DNA of 64,000 nucleotides from an uncultured cyanobacterium (GCA_963710605.1 CAVQBA010000004.1:448001-512000); one strand, 5' to 3'. Positions 22,418 through 33,129 are shown, counted from the first letter of the stretch. Numbers and translations: made by a program. The notes: generated by a model from the sequence alone, not told the origin.

Positions 22418-23032
22418 TTATTCATTATCTGGGCATAAAAGTGGTGGGCAAGGAGATTGAGATGGAGGAGAGACAATCTGCTGATCTTTAGGTGTTATAT
22501 TATTTGTTGGGGTAGATTCGGTAGTAGTAGATATAACAGGGGCAGTATTTAAAAACGCTTCTAAATCTAAAATACCACCACGAGATAAACCACCAGAAGA
22601 AACACGAGCCGAGATATCAAATAATTCTTGTAATACAGTATTCGGATTATCTTTTGGTTCTAATGTTAAAAGCAAACCATCGGTTTGACAGCCGAAACCA
22701 GATGATTTTTTTTGAGCTACACAAATTACCGATTGTCGATTCATTGTTCCTGTAGCAACATAACGTAAAGTACCGTTATCGGAAAACTTTTGAAATCTTT
22801 TGCTTACCTCATCGCATCTTTTTTGTGGAGTCCAAGTAGAATTACTAAAAAAATTACTTTTCCAACTTATTAATTGAATTTTCCCTCTTTTTGTATCAAC
22901 TACGGTAGTCGGATTATTTTTAAATATTAAGCATTTGTAGGTATTTTTTGATTGTGCGACAGATGGCATTGCTAACACGCTATTAATCAACACTAATAAA
23001 GTTGAAATACCTGTTATCTGTTTAATATCCAT
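22418..23032 (-). CDS. Exported COP23-like domain protein
   Basis: Signal peptide; I.W.S..F...WTPQKRC..VS.RF, G.MN.Q.VIC, LL.TL.P.DNP; tail CPPLLCPDNE. Confidence 0.8.
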   Translation of the reverse strand: MDIKQITGISTLLVLINSVLAMPSVAQSKNTYKCLIFKNNPTTVVDTKRGKIQLISWKSNFFSNSTWTPQKRCDEVSKRFQKFSDNGTLRYVATGTMNRQSVICVAQKKSSGFGCQTDGLLLTLEPKDNPNTVLQELFDISARVSSGGLSRGGILDLEAFLNTAPVISTTTESTPTNNITPKDQQIVSPPSQSPCPPLLCPDNE

Positions 23033-23153
23033 GATTAAATATTAGCTACTAATTATTAATTATCAATTACTAATTATAGATAACAATTTTCAAGATCTAA
23101 TAGTAATTCTTACTAAACTTAACTATCAATATTACTTGGTAAAAAATTACTAA

Positions 23154-24059
23154 TTATTGATTAATATTATCTAATTGTTGTAAAATTTTATATAAACCAT
23201 GTGCGATCGTCTCAATCACTGATTCACTAGTCCAATAACTACAATGAGAAAGGGGATTCCAAGATTTTAATAGATTGCCATCATTTACTTCTTGATCTTC
23301 TTTTACTACACTGGCATAAGCATCGTTAAGAGACTTGAGAGGATAGCCCATAATATCGCTTTTATTATAAAAGTTAATCCATTCACCTTCTAAATCTGGG
23401 TAGTAGTTTGCTAACTTTTCTGAGGGTACTTTTATTGGTTGATCAAAGTTAGGATGTCGTAAAGACCAAAAAGGCATTTGGCTAGCTAAAGTATAAACAT
23501 TAGTCAACGTTTCTCCCCGCTCTAATGGTGTATCACCAATATCAACTTGAGCTTTTTGAGTTTGCAAATCGTAGATATAGTTACTGGTAATGATAGTACC
23601 TAAACTATGACAAATAATACATAATGGGGCAGTACTTCCTGCTTGATCTTCTTGTGCTAAACTATTCAAACTGTCAGCGTAACAGCGGTGAATGCCATCG
23701 TAACTCCAAAGATCTTCTACTTTTTTACTGGTCATGTGATAAGTCAAACTATCTGCGATCGCTTGAAATAAAAATTCTCTTAAACCAAAAAAACTTTCTA
23801 GTTTATCTACATCTAATCGATCGTATAAATCCTTACGCTCGTCTTGCAACACGGGAGTCCAATTAATTGCTGATATCGCCAATTTAGAATCAGCCCATTC
23901 TAGTTTTTCGTCTTTGTTTCCCTTTATTTGTGCAATCTCGGCTAGTTTGAGTTTTAAAGCATCTGCCATGCCTTTAGTGTATTTTGAGTTTTCTTTTTGA
24001 TCAAATTCATTACCTACACAAATACCGTGAACGATCGCAATCGCAATTTTGGTTGACAT
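23154..24059 (-). CDS. Putative alpha/beta-hydrolase-fold protein
   Basis: AIVHGI, ICHSLG nucleophile elbow, WINFYNKSD, SHCSYW. Confidence 0.7.
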   Translation of the reverse strand: MSTKIAIAIVHGICVGNEFDQKENSKYTKGMADALKLKLAEIAQIKGNKDEKLEWADSKLAISAINWTPVLQDERKDLYDRLDVDKLESFFGLREFLFQAIADSLTYHMTSKKVEDLWSYDGIHRCYADSLNSLAQEDQAGSTAPLCIICHSLGTIITSNYIYDLQTQKAQVDIGDTPLERGETLTNVYTLASQMPFWSLRHPNFDQPIKVPSEKLANYYPDLEGEWINFYNKSDIMGYPLKSLNDAYASVVKEDQEVNDGNLLKSWNPLSHCSYWTSESVIETIAHGLYKILQQLDNINQ

Positions 24060-24380
24060 AATATTTTATTTTAATTATCCATAGAGATAGTTTTAAATTT
24101 GCTTTAAACGATCTGACTTTAAGCGTAATTGCTTGAAGCTTTTAAATCAATCCTCTCAGATACTATCACTTGACAAATACGACTTGCTTACCAACTTTTT
24201 TTAAATGTGTCGTTTATAGCTTAAGTTTTTTAAGATTAAACCTATCACTAAAGGCGATCGTACTTAAATTAGGAAACTCGATCGTATTTCACTTTGGAGA
24301 TTTAACGATGATGAATTAATTATCTGTGGCATAATTTAAAGTAATTATTTATCCTATTCTAAGATCTATTCGTATTGCTT

Positions 24381-24797
24381 ATGTCTGCAAGAGATTTATT
24401 TCATCAATCAGTCAAAAAAGCCTTGCAGAAAGACGGATGGGAAATAACCCACGATCCTCTTCATCTAGCAGTAGATGATATAGAATTTTATGTAGATCTT
24501 GGAGCAGAAAGAATAATAGCGGCACAAAAAGCAGAAACCAAAATTGCGGTAGAAATTAAATCTTTTTTAGGAGCATCAGAGGTCAAAGAATTTCATTTAG
24601 CTGTCGGTCAAATTCTCAACTATAGATTCGCTTTGGAAAAAGAAGAGCCAAAACGTATATTATATTTAGCCATTGATCAAGATGTTTATAAAGATTTTTT
24701 TTCTCGTTTATTTGTGCAGAATGTTTAAAAAAAATATGAAATTAAATTATTAATTTTTAATTATATTGATGAGGAAATTGTGCTGTGGAAAGAATAA
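24381..24797 (+). pseudogene. xisH: XisH-family protein with in-frame TAA at 24726-24728
   Basis: SARDLFH..VKKAL.KDGW.ITHDP, VDLGAE, AVEIKSF; frame continues KKYEIKLLIFNYIDEEIVLWKE* after the stop. Confidence 0.82.
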
Positions 24798-25114
24798 ATT
24801 ATCCCAAAACGATTCAAAAAATATTAAGTCGTCACTCGACTAACGATTTAGCAAATGGAACAGAAATTAAGTTGATTTTTGATACAAATAAAAATCATTA
24901 TCAAGTATTAAATATTGGTTGGAAAGAGCAAAGAAGAGTTTATGGAGTGATCATTCATGTAGATATAATCGGCGACAAAATTTGGATTCAAAGAGATGGT
25001 ACTGAAATTGGTATTGCGAATGAATTACTTAATGAGGGTATTACCAAAGAAAACATTGTTTTAGGTTTCAAATCACCTTTTAAAAGACAATTTACCGATT
25101 TTGCTGTTGATTAA
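24785..25114 (+). CDS. xisI: XisI-family protein
   Basis: HYQV..IGW, IHVDI...KIWIQRDGTE.GIA.EL, IVLGF; overlaps xisH end. Confidence 0.9.
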   Translation: MERINYPKTIQKILSRHSTNDLANGTEIKLIFDTNKNHYQVLNIGWKEQRRVYGVIIHVDIIGDKIWIQRDGTEIGIANELLNEGITKENIVLGFKSPFKRQFTDFAVD

Positions 25115-25191
25115 ATATTTATTCTTTTTGTATTTACTGAAGTAATTACTATGTTAGAGAATCAATAGCCATCGCCCACGATCGATCGTAC

Positions 25192-25677
25192 TCAGTGAAT
25201 CTCATTCAAAATACTACCATCAGGCATAATAGTATTACAGAAAATACAACCTTTGATCCAAACACTTTCCCATTCTTCGACTCCAGTCAAATTGGCATTA
25301 GTCAAATTAGCATTGCGGAAATCAGCACTGAGAAAATTGGCATTAACCAATCTAGCACCAGTCAAATTAGCTTCTCTCAAAGTAGCACAACTCAAACAAG
25401 CCTCACTCAAATCAGCTCCCGTCAGATTAGCTTTTTCCAGACAAATTTGCCCCATAGAAGCATTACGGAGATTCGCACCACTTAAGTTAACCCCTTCCAT
25501 GTAAACTTCTGCCACGTTGGCGTCACTCAAATTAATTCCACTCAAATCAACATTAATCAAGCCCCCTTGGGTCACGTAAACATCAGTAAAATCCTGCCCT
25601 TCCAAATATATCCCAGAGAAATGCCGCTCACCAGAGTTGTATCTTCTAATCAATTCTTTAGCAGTAATATCTACCAT
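25192..25677 (-). CDS. Pentapeptide repeat protein
   Basis: A(N/D)Lxx repeats; ELIRRYNSGERHF start; TIMPDG end. Confidence 0.92.
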   Translation of the reverse strand: MVDITAKELIRRYNSGERHFSGIYLEGQDFTDVYVTQGGLINVDLSGINLSDANVAEVYMEGVNLSGANLRNASMGQICLEKANLTGADLSEACLSCATLREANLTGARLVNANFLSADFRNANLTNANLTGVEEWESVWIKGCIFCNTIMPDGSILNEIH

Positions 25678-25766
25678 AATTCAAATATCCAAACAATCTA
25701 TCAACTAAATAAGAGCGTAACTAAACGATGGTAAACCTTTATGCTCCAAACAAAGATAAATATAAC

Positions 25767-27686
25767 CTATGAAACTGGTGAGCAAATATCAATGGTGAGG
25801 GAAGTTTGTTGTTTTTGAAGATGATAAGCAATCCGAGATGCTAGTTGTTTTACCCCAACGGATTTATGAACTAACTCATCAGCATTACTAGTACATAATT
25901 GATTTTGAACTTTTTTATGTTGATGAATACTAAAGTATAATACGGGTAATTTATACCACTGAGGATTTGTTCTTAGTACCTGACACAATTCTATTCCGCT
26001 TAAGTGAGGCATTTCGATATCGAGTATTAGTAAATCGGGAGTAATCGCTTTAAATACATCCCAAAATTGTCGGGGATCATTTAAGGTAGTTACCTGAAGC
26101 CCCCAAGGCTCTAATGAACAAGGTAAAAGCTCTAATAATTCTCGATCGTCATCAACAATCATTACTTTTTTTTCTTGGCAAGAATTTTGTACTGCTTGTT
26201 GACAATAAACGATCGCTTCAGATGGGGTGATTGGTTGTTTGAGATAAAATGTTGCTCCGTTTTTAGCTAAAAGTAATCTATCTTCAAATCGATCACGATC
26301 GGCTATCACAATAATTGGGATTAAGGGAAATAATGAATGTACTTCTTTCATGAAAGATAAATATTCATCGAGAGATTGAGAATTTGAATGAGATTGAGAG
26401 CAAGAAACTCGTAACAAAATTGCATTAGGTAATCTTTTATTTTCTATCCCTTGAAGCCAACCTTGAGCTAGTTTGAGAGTAGCCGTCGATCTGGTTTCGA
26501 TGTTATGAACGATCGCTTCGGTGTTTAATCGTTCAATAAATTGTCGATCGTCATCAATGATAAGTAATGAAAAATTATACCCCGTCTCTAACTTTTTTGA
26601 GATTGGATTCTGTGAATTATGTTTGCTGGTTAATTGTTGATGTAAAGTGTTAAAAATAGTTTCAAATTGTAATACTTGTTTTTTTTCTTCATTTACTTTA
26701 TTTTCTAATAACTCCTCTAATTGTTTAGCGAGTTTTGAACCTTGATCAAAACCAAAAACACCAACCATTCCAGCTAATTTATGAGCGATCGATTTAGCTT
26801 CTTGACGTTTTACATCGATTAAATCATTTTGTTGCCATGCTAGTAAAGCGTTTTGTAAGACAGTTAATTGTTGACTTATCTTCGGTTGATATTTTTTCCA
26901 GGCTTGGGCTAGTGCTTCTAAATGTTGTTTTTGTTGATCAGACATTTTTGCTGGTTGCCGATCGTAATCAGTTGGGAAAGAAGAAGATTTTTGCTCTGAA
27001 TCAGGATTTGGAGGTAAAAATTTTAAGCAATATCCTCTACCCCTTAAAGTTTCGATCGGGTTATTTTTCACACCTGTTTTTTTTAGCTTTTGACGTAAAT
27101 ATCTTAAATGCGATCGAACAGTAGCTTCGCAAGGGTATTCCACTGATGACCATAAATTATCAATAATATCTTCAATACTAAAAACGAATTGAGGATTACT
27201 TAAAAATAGTTCTAATAACTGATATTCTTTAGTGGTCAAAGAAACCGATTTTTGTTGATAAACAACCTGACAATTACGAGTATCTAATTGTAAATCTTCC
27301 CAAGTCAAAATAGGCGAAAGATGAGACTGATTTCGACGTAATAAAGCCCTGATTCTTGCCCCTAATTCTTCTACATTAAAGGGCTTACACAAATAATCAT
27401 CAGCCCCGGCATCTAAACCAATAATTTTTTCTTGGTTACTATCATGAGCCGTTAATAACAAGATTGGCATCTCATAGCCATGACTACGAAAACGCTTACA
27501 TAAACTAATACCATCTAACTTTGGTAAAGACCAATCAAGAATAACTAAATCATAACTATAATTAGAGCCATAAGTCCATCCTTGCTCACCATCAAAAACC
27601 GCATCGAAAGTATAATTTTTTTCGCCGAGGAGTTTTTGCAATACATCAATTAAAATTTCGTCATCATCAACTAATAAAATTCTCAT
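25767..27686 (-). CDS. rcaC: Multidomain response regulator REC-wHTH(OmpR)-Hpt-REC-REC, RcaC-like
   Basis: LVILDWSLP, ETLRGRGY, Hpt AHKLAG, terminal LLILDIEMP; 639 aa; third gene of rcaE-F-C order. Confidence 0.82.
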   Translation of the reverse strand: MRILLVDDDEILIDVLQKLLGEKNYTFDAVFDGEQGWTYGSNYSYDLVILDWSLPKLDGISLCKRFRSHGYEMPILLLTAHDSNQEKIIGLDAGADDYLCKPFNVEELGARIRALLRRNQSHLSPILTWEDLQLDTRNCQVVYQQKSVSLTTKEYQLLELFLSNPQFVFSIEDIIDNLWSSVEYPCEATVRSHLRYLRQKLKKTGVKNNPIETLRGRGYCLKFLPPNPDSEQKSSSFPTDYDRQPAKMSDQQKQHLEALAQAWKKYQPKISQQLTVLQNALLAWQQNDLIDVKRQEAKSIAHKLAGMVGVFGFDQGSKLAKQLEELLENKVNEEKKQVLQFETIFNTLHQQLTSKHNSQNPISKKLETGYNFSLLIIDDDRQFIERLNTEAIVHNIETRSTATLKLAQGWLQGIENKRLPNAILLRVSCSQSHSNSQSLDEYLSFMKEVHSLFPLIPIIVIADRDRFEDRLLLAKNGATFYLKQPITPSEAIVYCQQAVQNSCQEKKVMIVDDDRELLELLPCSLEPWGLQVTTLNDPRQFWDVFKAITPDLLILDIEMPHLSGIELCQVLRTNPQWYKLPVLYFSIHQHKKVQNQLCTSNADELVHKSVGVKQLASRIAYHLQKQQTSLTIDICSPVS

Positions 27687-27716
27687 AAATTATACTTATA
27701 TAAAGTTCTAGCTAAA

Positions 27717-28097
27717 TTAATATTCCCAATGCAACATTTGAGCAACTCTACTGGCTATAGTCATAGAATTAAAAGGTTTAGTGATCACACCAATCACTCC
27801 TAAATCTTGAAATTGTGTTTTATCTGCACCTTGAGTTTTGGCAGTAAAAAAAATGACAGGAATTAATTTAGTTTGTCTATTAGTTTTCAATTTCGATAAA
27901 GTTTGAATACCATCCATCTCAGGCATCATCACATCTAAGAGAATGACATCAGGTTGTTGATTTTCAGCCATGGCTATACCATCTATTCCTGAACAAGCAC
28001 TCAAAACTTGCCAATCAGCTTCAATCTCAATCCCCATTTGAACAACTTCTCGAATCGCTTCATCATCATCAATTAGCAAAATACATTTATCATTCAT
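27717..28097 (-). CDS. rcaF: Single-domain response regulator, RcaF-like
   Basis: ILLIDDD, ILLDVMMP, ITKPF; between CBCR kinase and RcaC-like gene. Confidence 0.82.
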   Translation of the reverse strand: MNDKCILLIDDDEAIREVVQMGIEIEADWQVLSACSGIDGIAMAENQQPDVILLDVMMPEMDGIQTLSKLKTNRQTKLIPVIFFTAKTQGADKTQFQDLGVIGVITKPFNSMTIASRVAQMLHWEY

Positions 28098-28109
28098 TTA
28101 ATTAATTAA

Positions 28110-30200
28110 TTAACCTCCTTGCTCTATTAATAAGGGCAAAGTAAAGTAAAAAGTACTACCTTTTTGGGGAAAACTTTCCGCCCAGATTTCGCCTCCATGC
28201 CCTTCAATAATCTGGCGACAAATTGTTAAACCTAAACCTGTACCTCCTTTTTTACGAGAATCAGAAGAGTCAACTTGTTGAAAACGCTCAAAAATTGTCT
28301 CTAATTGATTATCAGGAATACCTTGCCCTTGATCTTTAACAGCAAAAGTAAGATAAGAAATTGATGGTGGCTTTTGCTTTAAGTTATGTCTGGGAGATTC
28401 AATTTTAGCGGAAAGGGAAATGGTACTATCAGGTAGGGAAAATTTAATTGCGTTACTTAATAAATTGGTTAAGGTTTGAACTATGTAGTCATAATCTGCC
28501 CAGACAAAAAGATTGACTGGTTTACTTAATAATTTGATTCCTCTTTCATTCGCCATGGTTTGCATTGCTTGACAGGCTTCTCGCATTAATTCTGTGGCGG
28601 GGCAAGCTTTTTTGTTCATTTTAATTTTGCCTGATTGAATGCTTTGTAAATCCAGAACATTATTAACTAAACGTACTAAACGATCGGTTTGTTCGTCGGC
28701 AATAGTCAGCATTCGATGCCCTTTGGGGGAAAGATTACCAAGTTTTCCTGTGGCTAATATTTTTAATGAGCTATGAATAGAAGTTAAGGGTGTTCGTAAT
28801 TCGTGACTAACAACAGAGATAAATTCGTCTTTCATTCTTTCGATCGCTTTTCGATCGCTTATATCACTAGTAAGGGCAAAAAATCCTTTAACAACTGCTT
28901 TTTTTTGTTTGTTGATGTGGGGTATATAAGTAACGTTGACGGTGTGGATATGACTATCTTGAAAAGTCTCTTCTTTTTCATAAGTAACTATTTCCCCTGA
29001 TAGCACTTTGTCTATATGTGGTTTTATTTTGTGATATTCTTCTTCACCATGAACTCTTTTTAGATGACAGCCGTAAATTTTATTGGGAGAAAATCCTAAC
29101 CATGTTTGGTAAGCTTGATTATTAAAGCGATAATATTGATCTTTATCTACATAGGCAATTAAAACGGGTATGCCATTAGCGATCAGACTAAGTTTTTCTT
29201 CACTACGTCTGAGTGCGGTTTCTGCTTTTTGACGATCGTTTATTTCTTCTTGCAAATTATGATTAGCTTCTCTTAATTTTGCTGTGCGTTGGGTGACTAA
29301 TTCTTCTAAATTTCCTCTTAACTCTGCTTGAGATAAAGCAATACCGATTTGAGCGGCTAGTTGTTGCATCAATTCCAATTCAAAATCTTGCCATTGTCTG
29401 GTGGTTTCGCATTGATGGGCTATCAATAAACCCCAAAGTTTAGGTTTTCTTTGTCCTTTTTGAGAGTCGAGGTTTTGCAGGATAGGTACTACTAGTTTTG
29501 CTTTTACCATCCATTGATTTAAAAATTCAATCAAACAATCGGCTAAATCTGCTTTTTGACTATGGGCATCAGCGATCGCTTGTATTCTTCCTTCTTGATA
29601 AAGTTCTCGATATTCAGAAGGAAAAACTTCTTCAGGAAATTCGATATTCAATACCTTTGGATATTTGGGTAATACTGCTTCGCTAATTGCCATACCTGTA
29701 CCATTGGCAAAAACTTGATAAATTAGTACTCGATCGGCTTTAAGAATTCTTTGCACTTGAGTAACCGCTGTCTGGAGAATTTCTTGAAGTTGAAGAGATT
29801 GATTAATTTTAAGGGTTACTTGCGAAAACAATTTGACTCTTTGATGTTGGCGATGAAGTTCTTCTTCTGCTGTTTGGAGCTGAGTTATATCTCTGAGAAT
29901 CAGTAATTTATAATTAGGTAAGACATCTTCAATTAGTTTGTATTTTAAGGTTTTGTTCTGACCGCTACAAGTACGAATTGGAATTCTTTCTTCATTATTA
30001 CTATTAAGAGTACCAATTAAAAAATCAAAAATCGATCGACCTAATAGTTCTTTTCTAGTACAACCAAATAAATTACAAGCACAAATATTGGCTTCGACAA
30101 AACAATCACGATCGTCGATGATTACAATTGCTTCAAAGGAGTTTTCAAATATAGCTTGAAATAAGATTTTTTGGTCGGAAAATAATTCTAATCCTTCCAT
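28110..30200 (-). CDS. rcaE: Green/red cyanobacteriochrome histidine kinase (PAS-GAF-PAS-HK), RcaE-like
   Basis: GAF with EEVFP, bilin Cys in CL (ADCLIEFL) rather than CH, VKAKLVVPI, LWGLLIAHQC; H-box VSHELRTP. Confidence 0.85.
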   Translation of the reverse strand: MEGLELFSDQKILFQAIFENSFEAIVIIDDRDCFVEANICACNLFGCTRKELLGRSIFDFLIGTLNSNNEERIPIRTCSGQNKTLKYKLIEDVLPNYKLLILRDITQLQTAEEELHRQHQRVKLFSQVTLKINQSLQLQEILQTAVTQVQRILKADRVLIYQVFANGTGMAISEAVLPKYPKVLNIEFPEEVFPSEYRELYQEGRIQAIADAHSQKADLADCLIEFLNQWMVKAKLVVPILQNLDSQKGQRKPKLWGLLIAHQCETTRQWQDFELELMQQLAAQIGIALSQAELRGNLEELVTQRTAKLREANHNLQEEINDRQKAETALRRSEEKLSLIANGIPVLIAYVDKDQYYRFNNQAYQTWLGFSPNKIYGCHLKRVHGEEEYHKIKPHIDKVLSGEIVTYEKEETFQDSHIHTVNVTYIPHINKQKKAVVKGFFALTSDISDRKAIERMKDEFISVVSHELRTPLTSIHSSLKILATGKLGNLSPKGHRMLTIADEQTDRLVRLVNNVLDLQSIQSGKIKMNKKACPATELMREACQAMQTMANERGIKLLSKPVNLFVWADYDYIVQTLTNLLSNAIKFSLPDSTISLSAKIESPRHNLKQKPPSISYLTFAVKDQGQGIPDNQLETIFERFQQVDSSDSRKKGGTGLGLTICRQIIEGHGGEIWAESFPQKGSTFYFTLPLLIEQGG

Positions 30201-30333
30201 GATTATGTCAAGAGATTAAGGAAGTTTAAACTATTTTAAACGATCGGTATTTTTATTAACTTTATGAGCAGACTATGCAAACTATCTTTACACAAACAGA
30301 TTGATTGTAATGAATGCTGTTGTTTTTATTTAA

Positions 30334-30735
30334 CTAATCATTACTCCATAATTTTTTCAAAATTTCGATTTTCTTTTCTGTGAATAATTCAGCAAGAGGA
30401 ATATCAGCTTTATCATTTTCAAGTTCAATAGTATTAATGTCTCGCTTGTTCGGTATAAAATTAGCTTTGTTTTTCCAGATATTTTCTTTTATGCAATAAC
30501 AACCAGCTAGTTCTGTTCCATCACTAGGTCTAGTTTCTTGTACTGAAATAATGTCTTCAATACCTACAAATTTGAAAGAAATTGTTTCTTCGTGTTCTTT
30601 TCCCCACAATAATGCTTTTTCATATGCTAATAGGGCATTTTTGGCTTCAAACAAAACATTACAGGTTTCACAATCAAAATTTTTATTGTCTTCAGATTCT
30701 TTTTCTGCAAAAAGAAGAAATGCAATGTACCACAT
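30334..30735 (-). CDS. Hypothetical protein (DUF4288-like)
   Basis: MWY start, A...AYEKA...G, FVGIED..., DGTEL. Confidence 0.65.
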   Translation of the reverse strand: MWYIAFLLFAEKESEDNKNFDCETCNVLFEAKNALLAYEKALLWGKEHEETISFKFVGIEDIISVQETRPSDGTELAGCYCIKENIWKNKANFIPNKRDINTIELENDKADIPLAELFTEKKIEILKKLWSND

Positions 30736-30852
30736 AATTTTTAAGATGATAAAAATAGTAATCGATTATTTTTTACAATCTTATCTATTTTGTAAATAAA
30801 TTCGATCGCAATTATAAAGTTTATTGCTAGTTCGATAGATAGTAAATAATGA

Positions 30853-31611
30853 TTAACTTGTTGGTTCGATACGAGGAAAATCAAATAACATTGTACTCAT
30901 ATATCGATCGCTCCATACCTTTCCTAAATACTTTTCTAGAACCTTTCTAGTTTTATCATTCTGTTGCTGTTTATTGCAGTAATAATGCTGTGCTTTGATG
31001 ATTTCTGACTTTTGAGTCTCAGAGAAAACAGCAGGTGTAGAATTGGCAATTTGACAGTGTAGATTTAATATTTGATCAACTCGATCGAGAAACTGTTGCT
31101 CTTCTTCAGTATCGTTAAGACGAACAAATAAACAAAATTGAGAAAAAATATCGCCCCATTCAGGCAAGTCACGAGGATGAGAAAAATTAATTTCAGGTAA
31201 GTTTGTTAAGGCATTTTGATAAGTAGAAGATAAAACACGTTGCGGATTCATCGGCGAAAGATCAACAATTGCCGCTCCGACACCACCATCAATTGTACCA
31301 ACCAAATCGAGTCCTAAAATAGGTAAAGGATAGTTAGGATGAGGAAACATGACACAATGAAGAATATCTAAACGATCGCCAACACGAGCTAATTCTAAAT
31401 GCAACTTACGAAAACTTGCTGTTTGATAACACTTATTTTCGATCGCTAGTTTTTCTCCTTCTAAGCTACTTTCTACATAACCTAAATCTTTTGGTATGTT
31501 GTAAGGCTTTAAAGCAAAATGTTTTTCCCAATTTCTTTCGATACAATTAGCTAATTTACCAATGAGAATGTGTTGAGTTTCTCTTAAAGACGATTGAGTA
31601 ATGGCAACCAT
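30853..31611 (-). CDS. pcyA: Phycocyanobilin:ferredoxin oxidoreductase, island copy
   Basis: [40 protein letters not shown]. Confidence 0.92.
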   Translation of the reverse strand: MVAITQSSLRETQHILIGKLANCIERNWEKHFALKPYNIPKDLGYVESSLEGEKLAIENKCYQTASFRKLHLELARVGDRLDILHCVMFPHPNYPLPILGLDLVGTIDGGVGAAIVDLSPMNPQRVLSSTYQNALTNLPEINFSHPRDLPEWGDIFSQFCLFVRLNDTEEEQQFLDRVDQILNLHCQIANSTPAVFSETQKSEIIKAQHYYCNKQQQNDKTRKVLEKYLGKVWSDRYMSTMLFDFPRIEPTS

Positions 31612-31690
31612 AAAATTATTATTTGAATATTATTATCTAAAATTTTTATGCAAGACGCTGTTGAATCAAGTTCCCCTTTTTAGTAAGGAG

Positions 31691-31879
31691 CAGGGCTGTT
31701 TCATGTCTTATTTTTGTAATTTCTACAACGCCAGAAATACCAGTAAATTTAGCCGTTTTTTTTCTAATAGTAAAAAGACAATGTGCTCAAATTACTCAAT
31801 CGAGTATGTAGTAATAGCTTCTAGCTATTTATTGTGAGCAGATAGCTATTTTCTTCTTCCTTTGAATGAAACAGCCCTC
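31691..31879 (+). mobile_element. MITE, 189 bp, TIR (C)AGGGCTGTTTCAT
   Basis: TIRs at 31691-31704 and 31866-31878; 12-bp flanks TTTAGTAAGGAG/CTTAGTAAAGAG (10/12); second copy 35777-35964. Confidence 0.85.
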
Positions 31880-31947
31880 CTTAGTAAAGAGGGGTTAGGG
31901 ATGGTTAAATATTTTAATCAATCAAACGCCTCTATCACATCAATTAA

Positions 31948-32235
31948 TTAATCTTCGGACTCAGTTTCGGTACTTTCATCAACATCATCGTTATTATTAC
32001 TCCATTCATCAATAGACATAATATTAACGATCGTTCCTCCCATCATGCTAATCCGTTTCATCTCTTGATTCATCCGAGAATAAGGAACTTTGAGAAAAAT
32101 ATTGTTACTACTACGAAAAGGATAGTTATTATTATCGTTTTCATCGTTTTGTCTGAATCCTTTTACTTCATACACAAAAACACGATTTGTTGATGCTGAG
32201 CCAGCACCCGAACTGATGACAGATTTACCTAACAT
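31948..32235 (-). CDS. cpcD: Phycocyanin rod-capping linker
   Basis: RVFVYEV.G, VPYSRMNQEM.RI..MGG.IV.I; acidic C-terminal extension. Confidence 0.93.
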   Translation of the reverse strand: MLGKSVISSGAGSASTNRVFVYEVKGFRQNDENDNNNYPFRSSNNIFLKVPYSRMNQEMKRISMMGGTIVNIMSIDEWSNNNDDVDESTETESED

Positions 32236-32267
32236 CTGTTTTATTCCTCCTAAAAATACGTTTATTG

Positions 32268-33129
32268 TTATGCTAAAGTTATACTGGCAACCTTACCGCC
32301 CATTTTTTGAATCTTTTGCAAGGTTGTAGAAAGTTGATCGTAAGGAACTAACCAAGCTTTATTAACTCGAAGTACTTTAGGATAACGAGGTCGATTCATT
32401 GCTGAGACTTCGATCCGATAAATACGACCTTCTTGGGTAGAATTTCTAAAAGTTTGATTAGGTGTTACTTTACGAGTAGAAGGTTGATATCCCCAACCTT
32501 GTCCGCCTCCAGAAGGAGCAATAACTGCGGATGCACTATTACGCCCTAAGTCTTTGGCTAAGCGAGATTTACTCCCAGCAACTTGAGATTCGATCGCTAT
32601 TAGCATAACCTCTGTACAATTGAAACATCCGAGTAAAACCAACAGTTTTTTGGTCAGTTTGAGTCGAAAATCCTCGGTAATAAGGAACGATATTATCACC
32701 AAAATTATTTTCATATTCAGCTGAATCAAGATAAGAATCAATATCAGCGTCAAAACCTTTATTTTGGTAAAGATCAAGATGATAAATTACTTCTGATTCA
32801 TCATAAGCCGCACGACCGAGTAAATGTTTTAAATTCAGCTCAATTACACGGGTTTGAAAATTGTCATACAAAAATTTTGATTTATATAACTCTGATTTTG
32901 CCACAGCTCGGACAAAATCTCTGACTGTAATCGAACCATTACATAACAAAGATTCTTCGCCTTTTAGACGTTCAGAAGTCATAATGTAATCGTTACCTAT
33001 CACCTGTCGATAAACTGCTTTGATTACTAACCTTGCTTCTTCTTTACTCCAATTAGAGCGTAATTCAAGAGGTTGCATATCGCTAAAAGCTGACACTCCT
33101 AGTCGAGATGCGGCTGATGTAATTGCCAC
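32268..33129 (-). pseudogene. cpcC: Phycocyanin rod linker (CpcC/CpcI-like, ~286 aa), +1 frameshift at ~32589
   Basis: [39 protein letters not shown]: deleting one A restores YANSDRSQVAG and joins the CpcD-like C-terminal domain. Confidence 0.88.

Noticed and set aside
30263-30280. L-box upstream of rcaE
   Set aside because: Only one near-consensus half-site (TTGCATA); the second half is too divergent
30853-31611. pebA/pebB phycoerythrobilin reductase
   Set aside because: Motifs align with PcyA (HLELA, LHCVMFP, QNDKTR) and with the other pcyA copy
32268-32777. Separate 169-aa ORF with hydrophobic N-terminus
   Set aside because: The N-terminal part is an off-frame reading of the linker gene; only the part after ~32589 is real linker sequence
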